Made by a program: the position numbers and the translations under genes. A model generated the notes under the pieces. It ran no database searches. It was not told where the DNA came from and worked only from the letters and a program-made list of their open reading frames with translations. A DNA stretch of 64,000 bases from Octopus vulgaris (taxonomy: Eukaryota): assembly GCA_951406725.2 (NCBI GenBank), contig OX597816.1, positions 137,330,001-137,394,000 on the forward strand. Reading direction: 5' to 3'. Numbering within the stretch: position 1 is the first letter of the stretch; every line of letters begins with the position of its first letter. Shown one piece after another: positions 28,161 to 41,348 of this stretch.

Positions 28161-28280
28161 ATAATAACATTTCTGATTGCAAATAAAGTTTACTTAAATA
28201 GTGTGACGTTGAGGGTGTGAAGGTGATATTAATAACATTCAATAAGAATAGTTGTTTGGTTTATTATATTATATTGCTTT

Positions 28281-28435
28281 CAGATTATGGCATAAGGCCC
28301 GCAATTTCGGGTATTTATTTTATCGATTCCGGAAGCATAAGAGGCAGAGTGGAATTTGAACACAGAATGTAACGACAGATGAAATGACGCTAAGCATTTT
28401 GCCCGGCGTGCTAACGACTCTGCCTCCTCGCCACC
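28281..28435 (-). mobile_element. SINE family A, internally deleted
   Basis: ggaatttgaacacagaatgt...ctaagcattttgcccggcgtgctaacg. Confidence 0.72.
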
Positions 28436-28487
28436 TAGTTGTTTATTATGTATTATTAAATGATAATTATCAGAATATAAGGCATTA

Positions 28488-28576
<89 letters not shown>

Positions 28577-28585
28577 CATCTATCC

Positions 28586-28642
<57 letters not shown>

Positions 28643-28756
28643 CATATACTGTAAATTTAGGGTGAATACTTGTAAGCACCTGTATACGCCAGCTAGTGGC
28701 AGAGGTGAGAGGGTATATATATAAAATAAAATCAAAAACAGAACACAAAGGATGTC

Positions 28757-28847
28757 GCGGTACACGTGTTTCAAGCTTTACTAACGACCTATTCTTACAT
28801 CAGTGTATAATAAATATAAAGGATGGTTTAAAGCTCTCTTCAGCCGC
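28757..28847 (-). ncRNA. Minimal type I hammerhead ribozyme with ~50-nt insert in stem II
   Basis: Reverse complement gcgg CTGAAGA gagcttta...taaagctt GAAA cacgtg TA ccgc; intact core, palindromic stem III, GUA site. Confidence 0.85.
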
Positions 28848-28923
28848 ATGCAATTGTTATTCCAAAGAGTTACATCACACTATGAAAAATATGAAAAGTA
28901 CATGTAGTATTATCCATAATGAT

Positions 28924-28960
<37 letters not shown>

Positions 28961-29290
28961 TTTGGCGATAGTGAGAAATTACAGGCTATAGCCTAGCGGT
29001 CTGTCTAGTGAGAGATTTGTGTGCATTACCATCCAATTAACAGTGGTTAAGCATCGCCCTATTCGATCAATGTAATTTCTTTAATGTTTTAATTAACCAA
29101 CACATTTAAATATACTATTGACTAAGAGCAAACAGTCAACAACTCAACAAGCAGCATTGAAAAAAACCTAGTTTCCATTATCGGTCGTTAGAATGTGTCT
29201 TACATCGCAAATGAAAATCACACAATCCCATTTCTCCATCCTTTAAAAATATAAAAACCATTTCGTCTGTTTCAGAATCAATGTACATAC

Positions 29291-29338
<48 letters not shown>

Positions 29339-29352
29339 GCATATACATACAT

Positions 29353-29443
<91 letters not shown>

Positions 29444-29447
<4 letters not shown>

Positions 29448-29531
29448 CCAAACAAGAAAACACAAAAAAAAAACACAGCAACGCGAGGACGTGGAACAAA
29501 TAAAGTATTATTGGACGCTCAGGAAAGAAGG

Positions 29532-29533
<2 letters not shown>
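29444..29533 (-). mobile_element. Truncated copy of the hammerhead element at 57335, between (TA)n tracts
   Basis: aatccaaacaagaaa.cacaaaaa...tattggacgctcag.aaagaagg shared with 57337-57395. Confidence 0.65.
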
Positions 29534-29571
<38 letters not shown>

Positions 29572-29583
29572 GTACCTATATAT

Positions 29584-29631
<48 letters not shown>

Positions 29632-30265
29632 ACACACAGATATATATATTATTTGTTTCATACGAAGAACTGGAGCAAATATGATGGATGCATATGTTTC
29701 TCAATTTTAATTAAATGCCACTGTAAATGATTAATTTACTTTCTAATTAGTATCTCGTTAATATTTTCACACTTCCGTTGCTATTTGATATTTAAACACA
29801 CTGAAATGGAGAAAAATTATATGTTTTTATGCTTCTTGTGTAATATGTATGCTTAATGTTTAATGTTCAGTGTTGTGTCAGAAGTAAAGTTATTGATAAA
29901 TAGACGATAGAAAACTATGTCGTGTCTGTGAAGTGAGTGAGTGTGTGTGTGTGTGTGTGTGTGAAAGAGAGAGTGAAAAATATATATACATATTTAATAT
30001 ATATATATAGGTATGTGTGTTCCTACGTACATACACACATATAAACTATGGTTTATCTAGTTACCTTACAGTTGAATATTAATTGTAATATTCAATACTT
30101 TTTGAATAGGGAATTAACCAGTATTTTCATTGCATTTTATTGTCTCTTAACGAGGTTTTAACGTTCATTTGAACTTATATATATATACTTATATATATAT
30201 GTATATTAAATTTTTTTTTTATTTATCTAGTTTCAGCTCACGAGCTGTAGCCATGCTGGGGCACC

Positions 30266-30337
<72 letters not shown>

Positions 30338-30972
30338 GAAAGAAGGGGTGTATTTCCGCACAGGATAAAATATAGGAGAATTTGTTTTTGAAAATGTATC
30401 TGAATTTGCACCTGAAAAACTTGTAATTGTTTTTAGATAAATTTACATACGTATCAAACTAGTTAAGATAATTTTGGGTTTATCAATGGTACGAAACAGT
30501 GGGATTTTAGCAATTTAAAATTCAGAAGTAGAGGACATGTTTAAATAATTAAATGTTCGCAAAATTCAATGACAAGGGTAGATAATATCAAAAATGATCG
30601 GCAAAGAATATAAAAAATGTGGATTACTAAAAGTTCGGTCATACTGAGTTATTATAGAAATATGTGGACAAGAAAGAGAAATAAGAAAAGAGAGTAAAAA
30701 AAAAGTCTTTTTTTTTTACAGTTTCTGTCATTTTGCGTGTGGTTCTTTTTTTGTCGTGAACAGGGCTTTTCACTTTTAACAGAGTGTTTTGGAATCAGTG
30801 TATATATTTGTTTTTCTGATGACGTCTTATTCTTTTTGGTGGTCAAGTTTGGCGTTTTGCTTGATTGACTTCTCTGTAAAGAACCGTCATCAAACGTTCC
30901 ACTTGGTTTATTCTCTTAAAGGGTCAGTTTTTTTTTCCTGGGGCTCTGGTTCTGATCAGAGGTAAAATTTCA

Positions 30973-31115
30973 TTGGACTGGAGGAAAATCCCCGTAAGCA
31001 AACACTTAGATCAATGCCCCGCAAACATGAACCCGAAATACCAAATCTTCCCTCTCTATCAATGCACCGGAAACAGTTCAACCCAATTCCGATTGAATAA
31101 GGAAAGCCTCCTCAC
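30973..31115 (+). mobile_element. Penelope-like GIY-YIG endonuclease C-terminal fragment
   Basis: RKIPVSKHLDQC...YQIFPLYQC...RLNKESLL. Confidence 0.6.
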
Positions 31116-31141
31116 ACACACGCGCGTGCGCATACATGCGA

Positions 31142-31436
31142 AGGCACGTGACCCAGTTGTCAGAGTGTTGCATTCACGATCGCAAGATCGTGGTTTCGAT
31201 CCTCAGACAATCTGTGCATTTCTTTCTTCAGCAAAAAGCTTTATTTCACGTCGTACCAGTCCACTCAGCATTATTAATTGGATAACACTGCGATTGACAG
31301 ATGTTTCTTTCATTTGGAAATGCTGGTTGCCCTCCTCGCTAGCAGAGAGGCATCATTCGAAAGATAGAAAAATACAAGGAATCGCACTGTGACAAGCAAT
31401 ACATAACAACGTCTGATAGTCTAGTCGATACAGTAA
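31142..31436 (+). mobile_element. SINE with family D-type head and RTE-derived tail
   Basis: aggcacgtgacccagttg...gtggtttcgatcc...ccagtccactcagc, then ggcatcattcgaa...cgcactgtgacaagc...aacaacgtctgatagtctagtcgat. Confidence 0.68.
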
Positions 31437-31611
31437 TATATATATATATATATATATATATTGTGTGTGTGTGTGTATGTGTGCATGTGTGTGTGTGTGT
31501 GTATGTGCATGTGTGTGAGTATACATACATACATACATACATATGTTAAATAGTATAAGATAACAAGGGCAAGGCAATTTGATATTCCCAGGACATTTCT
31601 AAATAGAAAGG

Positions 31612-31662
31612 TGGTCTTACAGCTGTTTCATGGAAATAAATGATATTCCCTAATCAGACACG
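31612..31662 (-). ncRNA. Degenerate minimal hammerhead
   Basis: Reverse complement gtgt CTGATTA gggaat..ttccat GAAA cagctg TA agac. Confidence 0.55.
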
Positions 31663-32121
31663 CTTTAAAAGAGCTTCAATAGAAAGAATTAGCAGAGTTT
31701 ATTCTTTGGTTTAAAAGTTATTCTGGAAGGGAGAAATATACAAGAAATTAGATATTATGCAGAAAATATAAAAAAGGAAAATATTAAGATAAAAAAATAT
31801 ATATTGGATATATATAACGATTTTATATTACTGTTTAGTAACGAGGTCAGAAGCAACTCCAACAAAGATCAATATTCTGAAAAGTGACTCGTTGAACTGG
31901 AATGTCATAAAGAATGGTACACGTACCAGCACATTACCCAGAGATAAAAATCCTAAACTATAGTTTTAGGATAGACTATCAGACTATCAGAACTTTTTAA
32001 AAATATATATATATATATTATAATAAATTAGAGACAAAACCACTATTATGCAAATCAAACAAAGAAAGACTTAAGCCAATACATAAAATAATTTATATAA
32101 ATTAAAATTTAACAAATGAAT

Positions 32122-32173
32122 AACCACTACGATCGTTTCGTGTCAGCACATCTTAGACATTCTTCAGGTGGTT
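32122..32173 (-). ncRNA. Minimal type I hammerhead in a short element (~32020-32180) flanked by (TA)n
   Basis: Reverse complement aaccac CTGAAGA a tgtc..gaca c GAAA cgatcg TA gtggtt; 6-bp stem I, palindromic stem III. Confidence 0.85.
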
Positions 32174-32185
32174 TCTAATATTTAT

Positions 32186-32236
<51 letters not shown>

Positions 32237-32286
32237 ATATATATATAAAACTATATTATATATGTATATATAAAACTATATTTATA

Positions 32287-32365
<79 letters not shown>

Positions 32366-32366
32366 A

Positions 32367-32519
32367 TGGCAGTGTGGTAAGTAGCTCGCTTACCTATCAC
32401 ATGGTTCCGGGTTCAGTCCCATTACGTGACACCTTGGGCAGATGTCTTCTACTATAGCCTCGGACCGACCAAAGCCTTGTGAGTGGATTTGGTAGACGGA
32501 AACTGAAAGAAGCCCGTCG

Positions 32520-32551
<32 letters not shown>

Positions 32552-32758
32552 TGAGTGTCTGTGTTTGCCTCCCCCCACCATCGCATGACAATCGATATTG
32601 CTGTGTTTACTTCCCTGTAACTTAGTGGTTCGACAAAAGACGTTCGATAAAATAAGTATTAGGCTTACAAAGAATAAGTCCTGGGGTAGATTTGTTCGAC
32701 TAAAGGCGGTGCTCCAGCATGGCTGTAGACAAATGAATGAAACAAATAAAAGAATAAA

Positions 32759-32761
<3 letters not shown>
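32367..32761 (+). mobile_element. SINE family B with internal (TA)n
   Basis: tggcagtgtggtaag...ggttcagtccc...accttgggcagatgtc...[TA]...gctccagcatggc...aaataaaagaataaaag. Confidence 0.88.
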
Positions 32762-32801
<40 letters not shown>

Positions 32802-32890
32802 GTATATATATGTATGTATATATATATATATATATATATATAATTTGTTTTATATACTATATATATAATTTATTATGTTTGTGTGTGTGT

Positions 32891-33263
32891 GGAGGCGCAA
32901 CTGCCCAGGGGTTAGTGCAGTGGTGTCACGGTCACAGGGTCGCTGTTTCGATTCCCAGACCGGGCGTTGTGAGTGTTTATTGAGCGAAAACACCTAAATC
33001 TCCACGAGGCTCCGGCAGATGGGGGGTGTCGAACCCTGCAGTATTCTTTCACCACAACTTTTTCTCACTCTTCCTGTTTCTGTTCTACCTTCATTTCAAA
33101 GGGCTAGCCTTGTCACAATCTGTCACGCTGAATCTCTCCGAGAACTACGCTAAGGGTACACGTGCCTGTGGAGTCCTCTGCCAGTTGCACGTTAATTGCT
33201 CGAGCAGGCTGTTCCGTTGATCGTATCAGCTGGAACCCTCGTCGTTGTAACCGACGGAGTACC
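32891..33263 (+). mobile_element. tRNA-derived SINE family C
   Basis: ggaggcgcaa..cccagggg ttag; B box gtttcgattccc; head shared with 61369-61676. Confidence 0.85.
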
Positions 33264-33439
33264 ACACACACACGTATATATATATATGCATATATAAATA
33301 CATATGTATGTATGTATGTATGTATATATATATATACATACATATGTATGCATGTATGTATGTATGTATAAATATATATGTATGTTTGTATAAATATATA
33401 TGTATGTTTGTATGTATATATATATAGATATATAGATAT

Positions 33440-33625
33440 ATAAGCACATATGGGTACAGGACGTTACCAATAATAAACAACATGAAATACGAAAACAAGG
33501 AGAGAAACAAATGGAAAACAGGACGAGTAACAGAAAGAATGACCTTTCATCAGTTGTCGGCTATCTATCTACTCTTTATTTTGAGCATTAAACGACAATA
33601 TGAGTCTTCGAAGACAGCTGGTCCC
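33440..33625 (-). mobile_element. Short non-coding repeat family P2 (also 59232-59420 + and 61129-61285 +)
   Basis: Shared block agccgacaactgat...tcttt.tgttact.gtcctgttttccatttgttt...cgtatttcatgttgttt; all three copies sit in TA-rich tracts. Confidence 0.7.
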
Positions 33626-33724
33626 ATAAGTGCTCCATGTTTATTTTCGTTCGGTTGCCTTGTATGCCTCCACTGTCCTGTTTTTGTTCCTAACTTTGAC
33701 CCTCCATAAATCCAAAATTCTATT

Positions 33725-34057
33725 TTGGTACTTATGCATGCATATACAGCTGCGTGCGTGCACACATACACGCGAGTACTGCCCAAATCTCCGACCAATC
33801 ACATACAGCTAGCTGGCATTCAATTGGCGTATCAAGTTTCGGGCATTTTGATTGGGTTTTGGATAGAAAATTCACAAAAAGTCACTTCTATTGATTTTTA
33901 ATGGCTTTGCGGGGTGACTGGGGAAATGTAAAGACGTGCACGACCACCCTTGGACGGTTTTGAATGACCATAGAAAGTTTGAGCCCTCTAACTGAAAAAT
34001 CGTGGAATTGTATAAAGGACACACACGCAGACATTTTGCCGTTTATATATAGAAAGA
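33725..34057 (-). mobile_element. Helitron-like 5' fragment
   Basis: Minus strand starts a|tctttctatatataaacggcaaaatgtctgcgtgtgtgtcc, same style as 4539-5050. Confidence 0.55.
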
Positions 34058-34100
34058 TGTATATATATTATACTTTCGTTTGTCCACTCACTCCTATATA

Positions 34101-34393
34101 AAATGCAAATATATGGGAAATTACCACCTGTGTCATCTCTTGTGAAAGGTAGGAGAGTCCAGTTTGCTGGACATTGTTGTAGAGCTGAAAAAGAAGTAAT
34201 TTCTACTCTTCTCCTCTGGAAGCCATCTACTCGCAACACCAGAGGGCGCACACTCTCCTACCCTGATGTAATCTCCAGGGATACAGGCATCCAGCAACAG
34301 GACCTCCGTAATGCTATGGTGGACCGTGAAGTCTGGCGCAACATAGTAAATTCCATTGTCTCGACCACGGTTGAACAATGATGATGATGATGA
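34101..34393 (+). mobile_element. RTE-clade LINE 3' end with (TGA)n tail
   Basis: RRVQFAGHCCRAEKE...LLLWKP...DREVWRNIV; nearly identical to 60272-60608. Confidence 0.85.
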
Positions 34394-34552
34394 TGTGTGT
34401 GTGTGTGTGCGCGCGCATATATGTATATAAATTTGCAACGTTTTACCAAAAAAGGAAAACTGTAATTGTTACTAAATTTGACTAGGGTGTTAGAAATAAA
34501 AACTATATAAATATACGTGTTTGTGTGTATGTATATATGTATATATACCTAT

Positions 34553-34690
34553 ATATATATGTATATGTGTATATATATGTATATGTGTATATATATGTAT
34601 ATGTGTATATATATATATATGTATATGTGTATATATATGTATATGTGTATATATATGTATATGTGTATATATATGTATATGTGTGTATAA
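34553..34690 (+). repeat. 18-bp minisatellite (atatatatgtatatgtgt)n
   Basis: About seven units; ORF track shows YTHIHI periodicity. Confidence 0.85.
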
Positions 34691-34716
34691 ATATATATAT
34701 ATATACATATATATAT

Positions 34717-34749
<33 letters not shown>

Positions 34750-34751
34750 TA

Positions 34752-34812
<61 letters not shown>

Positions 34813-35166
34813 CTGCTCTACATCTTGGTGTGCTTCTCCTCCGGACTTATGTGTTCCCAGAAAACGATCCTAGCGAGAGCAAAGAGATAGGAGAAGGTGA
34901 GCCGATGAAAGAGAGAAAGAGATGACCAAGAAGCAGTGGTGTAGGTAGATTGATAGGTTTAGATAGATAGATAGATAAAGGCGATAAACAGAATTGCATT
35001 GAAAGAAGCAACAGAAGTGAGATGATGCCAAGTTAAAGATGGTGAGACTCTGTCTCGTTCGCTACATTTGTTCTGATTCAATATAAATTGTCACATGACA
35101 TAACCCCATGTGACCCTGTTCATTGTTGAGCTGCAATATATTACGATATCACACCTGCGGCTGGCT

Positions 35167-35215
35167 GCTCTCCGCCAGCTCTCCGCCAGCTCTCCGCCAG
35201 CTCTCCGCCAGCTCT
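35167..35215 (+). repeat. GC-rich 11-mer (gctctccgcca) x4
   Basis: Direct reading. Confidence 0.95.
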
Positions 35216-35381
35216 CTACAACAGATACGCCCCAATTACAAACCAACCCATAGTCACTCACATCTTAGACATATGATAGATTTCATTCTGTCTCTTTCAT
35301 TTCGAACTCACAAGTTTCCAAATGGCTTCTTTATATCTTGATTTCTTTCACTTCATTTTCCCCACCCACATTTCTCTCTCC

Positions 35382-35427
<46 letters not shown>

Positions 35428-35626
35428 GCCATACTTCTTCGTTATTCGCTCCCTATCTGGATCAGCAATACAATTATTTCTGGTATTCACTATTTTTCTC
35501 TATCATTCATACTCCCCCTCCATCTCTGTCTCTCTATTTCCCCTCTACGTTTTTCCCCAGCTTAAAAAAATCTCAATTTAATATTTATTTACTTCGACTA
35601 TGTAAGCACAAAATATTCATATATAA

Positions 35627-35677
<51 letters not shown>

Positions 35678-35714
35678 AGCATATATATATGTATATATAT
35701 ATATATACATAAAC

Positions 35715-35745
<31 letters not shown>

Positions 35746-35945
35746 AACACACAAACACACGTATATGTACATATATACATACATATGCAAATATATATAT
35801 ATATATATATATACATATACATATGTATGTCTATATATATTTATATACATACACACATATATACGCTTATATATATATATAAGCGAGTATATGTCTCTCT
35901 CTCTCTCTCTGTATATATATATATATTATATACACGCTTATATAT

Positions 35946-35976
<31 letters not shown>

Positions 35977-36594
35977 GATAGATAGATAGATATATGCGTG
36001 TAATATGTAAACACACGCACATACACATACACTTATAAACACACACATGTACACATACACATGCCCATGTGTGTGTGGCATGTGTGTATGTACGTTGCAT
36101 GTGTATGTGTGTTTGTGTGTATTATACATATTAAACTTGGCTTTCTTCAAACTGACAAGCAATCAACAGCCAATATTCTGTTATGTATATATAAAAGATG
36201 ACAGGAATCTCAATCGCAATTCAGACTTTGTCGATTGCACTAGAAAGAATTAAACGTTTTGTTAAAGAAAGCAAATCTTCACAAGTCCATCGCAATTGTG
36301 ATTATCTTCCTGTAATATATGATTCATCTTGCACACTTCACCGGACTCCCTTCTTCTCTCTCTTTCCCTCTATATCTCTATTTCTTGGCATTTTCTTTCT
36401 TTCTCTTCATTTATCTGCTATCTGTATGTCTGTCTATCTCTTTATTTCTTTTTTTCTCTGTCTCTGTTTCTCTCTCTCTCTTTCTCCCTCACTCTACACA
36501 CACTCGCACACACAGACACACAGACACCCAGACACTTAGATACAGACAGACAGACAGACACACACACACACACGCGCACACACACACACACACA

Positions 36595-36630
36595 CTAGTT
36601 GACGTACCCGGTAGTTCACGGGAAAGCGGG
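36595..36630 (-). mobile_element. Helitron-like 3' terminus (hairpin plus CTAG)
   Basis: Minus strand cccgtgaactaccggg-tacgtcaa-ctag|t; the element probably extends rightward and its 5' end was not found. Confidence 0.5.
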
Positions 36631-37727
36631 GTTTATTCCTTGATGCCGTTCACATAACCTTTTCGCTAATCCAATAACAACAATACAAAGTATGTAGCCC
36701 TTAAAACGGTTTTTCTGCATTTACAGAGAATACCTAACTCTCTTACACACGATCTTGTTTTTAGGAATTCCCAATCAGTTATGAATACCCAAATTGAGAA
36801 GTCAGTTATTTAATAACGTGAAATTAGTTTTCCGATAGTAAGTAAGAATTCAAATAAAGTAGCCCTGAAAAGGACTTTAATGCATTTCCAGAGTATATAG
36901 GACATAGGAGGAAATACTGATAAGGTATGTATACTAAAATCGTGAAGCATGTTACGTAATAACAAGCTAATCAGATATGAATGAGATAATAACAATTCAA
37001 AGTAAATAAGTCTGAAAAGAGCTTTTGTGAAATCTCAGCATCATCATCGTCAGTAGTAGTAGTAATAGTAGTAAAAGTAGCAGCAGTAGCAGCAGCAGCA
37101 GTATTAGTAGTAGTAGTAGTAGTATCGAAATTTTCCGTAGAAACTCTGTAGTGGAAGATGAGCGCTCTATATTGTCAATAGAGCCGAATGTTATTAATAT
37201 AGTCTAACGCTCAGTTAGGGATACATTAAGTGTCGAAATCCATATTTGTAGGCAATTATATAATACTTACGTTTGAGAGAGCCGTAGGCATTAAATAAAT
37301 CTCTACAGATATGAATTTCGAAAACTGACGTACCCCTAACTATGCCGGTTCTCTATAATTGGTGTTGTGTGCCGCAGGAATGCGGAAAAAATAGACATAT
37401 ACAATCCTCTTAAATACGAGATATAGCTCGAGTGTGGAAAATGACACATAAATAAAAAATGGGTAAGTGTACACGGTATACAAGGAAAATATACATATTA
37501 TACAAATGCTACCAAACAAAGTGCAGAATGACATAGATATAGTCCTCCAGATACAGGTTAACCTCTAGGGATAATCGAGGAACGCCACTGTCCAAAATTT
37601 CTCTGAGCACCAGGAGCAAGTGCCCTCTCCAGTTCCCTTTCTCTGCCTCACAGGTCTACACTTGTCATTTTCGCAATTTTTATCCACCTTTCAATAAACT
37701 CACTCGAGGACGGAACTTCCATATGAT

Positions 37728-38556
37728 AAAATTAAAGAGAGTGAGATGAAGGAAAGCTTTAGGCGGGAATACCTTAGGGGAACCAAATTAAATAAGGAGA
37801 GCAGACACAGTGGAAAGAACAAGAAGCGATATGGTGCAAATGTTGTTAGATGGACAAAGAACGAGCTTGGGAAATGGATAGAAAAACCAGGAAACTGATG
37901 ATAGTGAACAAAAAAAAATGCATTCTTAAAGCAACACGATACTTAGTGAAAATGTGACATACCCAATATCACTTAAGCAACAAGATGGAGAACAAAAGAT
38001 TGATGAACTGGAAAATGAAAATGATGCATGGTCAATACTTCAGAGAAATGGAAGGGGAAACAAGACCAACACCTGGAAGTGGCTAAAGAAAAGTGATCTG
38101 AAAGGACGTGGCATTTGTATGCAGCGCTCAGAAAGAATCTCTGAGAACTAATTACACCGAGTTCCAAATATATAAGAGTAGTGAATCGTCCCTTTGTAGG
38201 ATGTGTGGCAGCAAAAATCGAAACGGTCTCATATTGTGAGTGAGTGTATCAAATTGGCTCTGAAAGAATACAAAACGAGGAATGATAATGTAGCTAAGTA
38301 TGTTCATTGGAGATTGTGTGAGAAGTACAGCTTTGAAAGGACATTGAGATGGTATGAGCATAAAGCAGGTGCCACTGAGAATAACGAGTGTAAGACCTGG
38401 CAGGATTTTACAATCCAATGTGATTCAGAGATTGATGCTCGGAGATCAGACATTGTTGTAGTAGACAGGATGATGCAGGAAACCAAGATTACAGATATGG
38501 GCATACCTGGAGATGTACGAGTGAATTTCAAAGAACTGGAAAAATTGAAAAGTACA
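37728..38556 (+). mobile_element. R4/Dong-clade LINE 3' fragment, decayed
   Basis: TWKWLKKSDLK; CRMC..HIVSECIKLALKEYKTRNDNVAKYVHW; RRSDIVVVD..ITDMGIP. Confidence 0.85.
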
Positions 38557-38638
<82 letters not shown>

Positions 38639-38640
38639 AG

Positions 38641-38796
38641 ATAACGGAATTCTTCCAATTTCTGTTTAGCAAATCCACTCAGCAAGCCTTGGTAACCCCG
38701 GGGCTACAATAGAAGACACTTGCCCAAGGTGCCACACAGAAGGACTGAACTCGGAACCAGATGGAAAGCTACCTACCGCACAGTTACACCTGCGCC
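38641..38796 (-). mobile_element. SINE family B head
   Basis: aaatccactc..aatagaagacacttgcccaaggtgccac...acacctgcgcc. Confidence 0.75.
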
Positions 38797-40894
38797 TATA
38801 AGAAGTCTTTTGAACCTTCTTCAAATATGATTTGAACAAAATATTTTGAAAATCCCGCCACCCCATTAAGCAAGAAAAGAAATCATTGTATTCTTTTATT
38901 CTACCTATCCTTGTAGTTTATTTACATTAAACCTTGATTTCGCTACGGACAGCTCTTTCACAGAAATATATATTGCTCTATAACACAAGCTAATATAGTA
39001 ATAAAACAGACATTTGGCTCATAGCCAGTTACTCAAGCGATAGCTGAGTAGTTTCCCCAGCCTTTCTCCCTTCAGCTGTGATATATTCCTCACGCTCAGT
39101 GGTGAAAAGGGTGAGATGTTGTTTATGCCTACTCGCGACTTCATACGGACCTAAAATATTTAGTGAAAGCGCGGTACAGGTTAACAAGCCATACTGGTTG
39201 ATAATTGTGGCTGGTTGTAGTTTTTGATGTATTTAACAGTTAAATAATAGTTTAGGATGAAAAATAAATGTAGATTTGAGATTGTGAACTATTTCCTTTC
39301 TTCTTTTAACTTCGTAGAATGTTGAATTGAGCTTAGTTAATTTGTTTCTCGAGTTATGCCATGCTGAAGATTCCAGAGAAGGAAGAAATAGTTCTGTACA
39401 CGGCTACCGACTAAAACAAGTTATGAACTTTACTTTGTGTAAGCGGCAAAAAAAAAAAAATAATAATAAAAATTAATAATTAAATACAGTTGTTCTTTAA
39501 TTTAATCTACAAGTGTTTCTCTCCCTTAGTTGTAAATTCAATTGAGGCAAAGCACATATTAAAAAAGATAACTAGAAAACAAAAGGTATGTAGTGAGAAA
39601 AACAGGGTATTCATCATTGACTTATTTTATTTTGAGTTTTTCGGTAAGGATGGTAGCTATCTCTGGCATGTTCAAACTTTAACAGACCTCTCTATCAAAG
39701 AATAAATTTTCTATATTAACAAAGTGGTGATGAGAGAAACACGGACGAAATGTACAGTAATGAACTCTGTTTGATGTAAAAATGCAAAGATATTCATAAA
39801 ATAAGTTATCTTTAGATGCTATCCGCATGTTGCCAATTATTTGTTGGTATTATTGCTGATTTCATACAATTGTAGTCAAGTCAAAATTTATCGAGCTACT
39901 TAAAATTAGCCAATCAACTTTGATTGGAGAGAATATATTGAAACACGGCTTATTGATATCAGAACTTGGGTAGAAACCGCAAATCGCTGCCAAAAAAGAA
40001 AACAAAAAAAAAAAAACAAGAAAATCCTCAACATTAATAAGAACATGATCTATATTACACCAAATAGGTAAGATAAGAATACATCAAAGCGATGGCTTTT
40101 CTTCTGTTATTGAAAAGGACATTGAAGACTTAATTTTTAATATTATAAATCATGCGATCGTAAATACAAAGTTCGCAAATACATCGTAAATACAAAGAAT
40201 TGTTCAATTTTCTTTTTATTGGAGTGACGATAAATAATTTATTTGCAAAGAAACTTCACTTCAAATAATGTCAAAGCATTTAAGAAAAAATATTATTTAT
40301 AATCAGAGAAGGATGGAAGGACTGTGCTCATGATCTTTGTCAGAAACTCCTGGAGCGGTCACATTGATGCGGCTGATGTTCAGTTTTGAACTTCTATTAA
40401 TTGATGCATGCAAGAAGTTCCAGAGCGTAAGTCGTTCTGAATAACTGCATCTTAGGCCAGATTTTGTGTGTGAAAGTATTAAAACACAATTGGAATAATT
40501 GGATGAGAAGAGGTTAATTCATCATGGCCTTGAGAGAAAGTGGCGCTAGGTTAGAGAAACAGAAGCTTTTACAGTAATTATAAAAGGGGAAAAAGAGCCA
40601 GACAGAAGATACAAAACGTTTGTGAGAATACGCTTGCAGGTTGTCAGTGAGTGATTATTTGTCATTCAGTGTAATAACCTTATGCTGTATGTGATTTTGG
40701 TTGTTATATCGGTAATGTCTCAGGTATTTGAACAGTTATCTAAAGTGAACTTTGTAGGGAGTCAGCAGCACATTATCACCGAAAGATTTTCTAGCTTTGA
40801 AGAGAAATCCGAATTAGCTTGTTAAAACATAAGTATTAGCGAAAATAGTGGGGATTAATATTACCTCTGGGAATTAATACTGCCTCTGTTGCTG

Positions 40895-40964
<70 letters not shown>

Positions 40965-40981
40965 ACACACACATGTAAATA

Positions 40982-41208
40982 TAATATGTGACAATTATTC
41001 GGTAGCCATGATAAAACTCCGAGTTTCGGATTCCGAGGTGGAAATCCACGCCGCCATCTCTTCAGTTAACTGGCCATCGGAAAAATTCGATGGCCGGCTA
41101 ACTGAAGGGATGGCGGCCGGATAACTGAAGAGATGGCGGCGTGGATTTCCACCTCCGCATCCAAAACTCAGAGTTTTATCATCGCTACCGAATAATTGTC
41201 ACATATTA
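40982..41208. mobile_element. Imperfect fold-back with head-to-head hammerheads (41010-41070 -, 41120-41180 +)
   Basis: ~87-bp inverted arms; minus copy gttaa CTGAAGA gatggcgg...cc GAAA ctcggag TT ttatc; plus copy has GAAA>AAAA. Confidence 0.8.
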
Positions 41209-41276
41209 CAGATAAATTCCTCTATTTACATAATATCGAGGTCTCTTTCATTCTTTTGTTGTCATACCATTTTTAT

Positions 41277-41345
<69 letters not shown>

Positions 41346-41348
<3 letters not shown>

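Noticed and set aside
36170-36225. CCAAT plus TATAAAAG core promoter
   Set aside because: Expected by chance in such AT-rich DNA; CCAAT spacing is atypical and there is no downstream gene.
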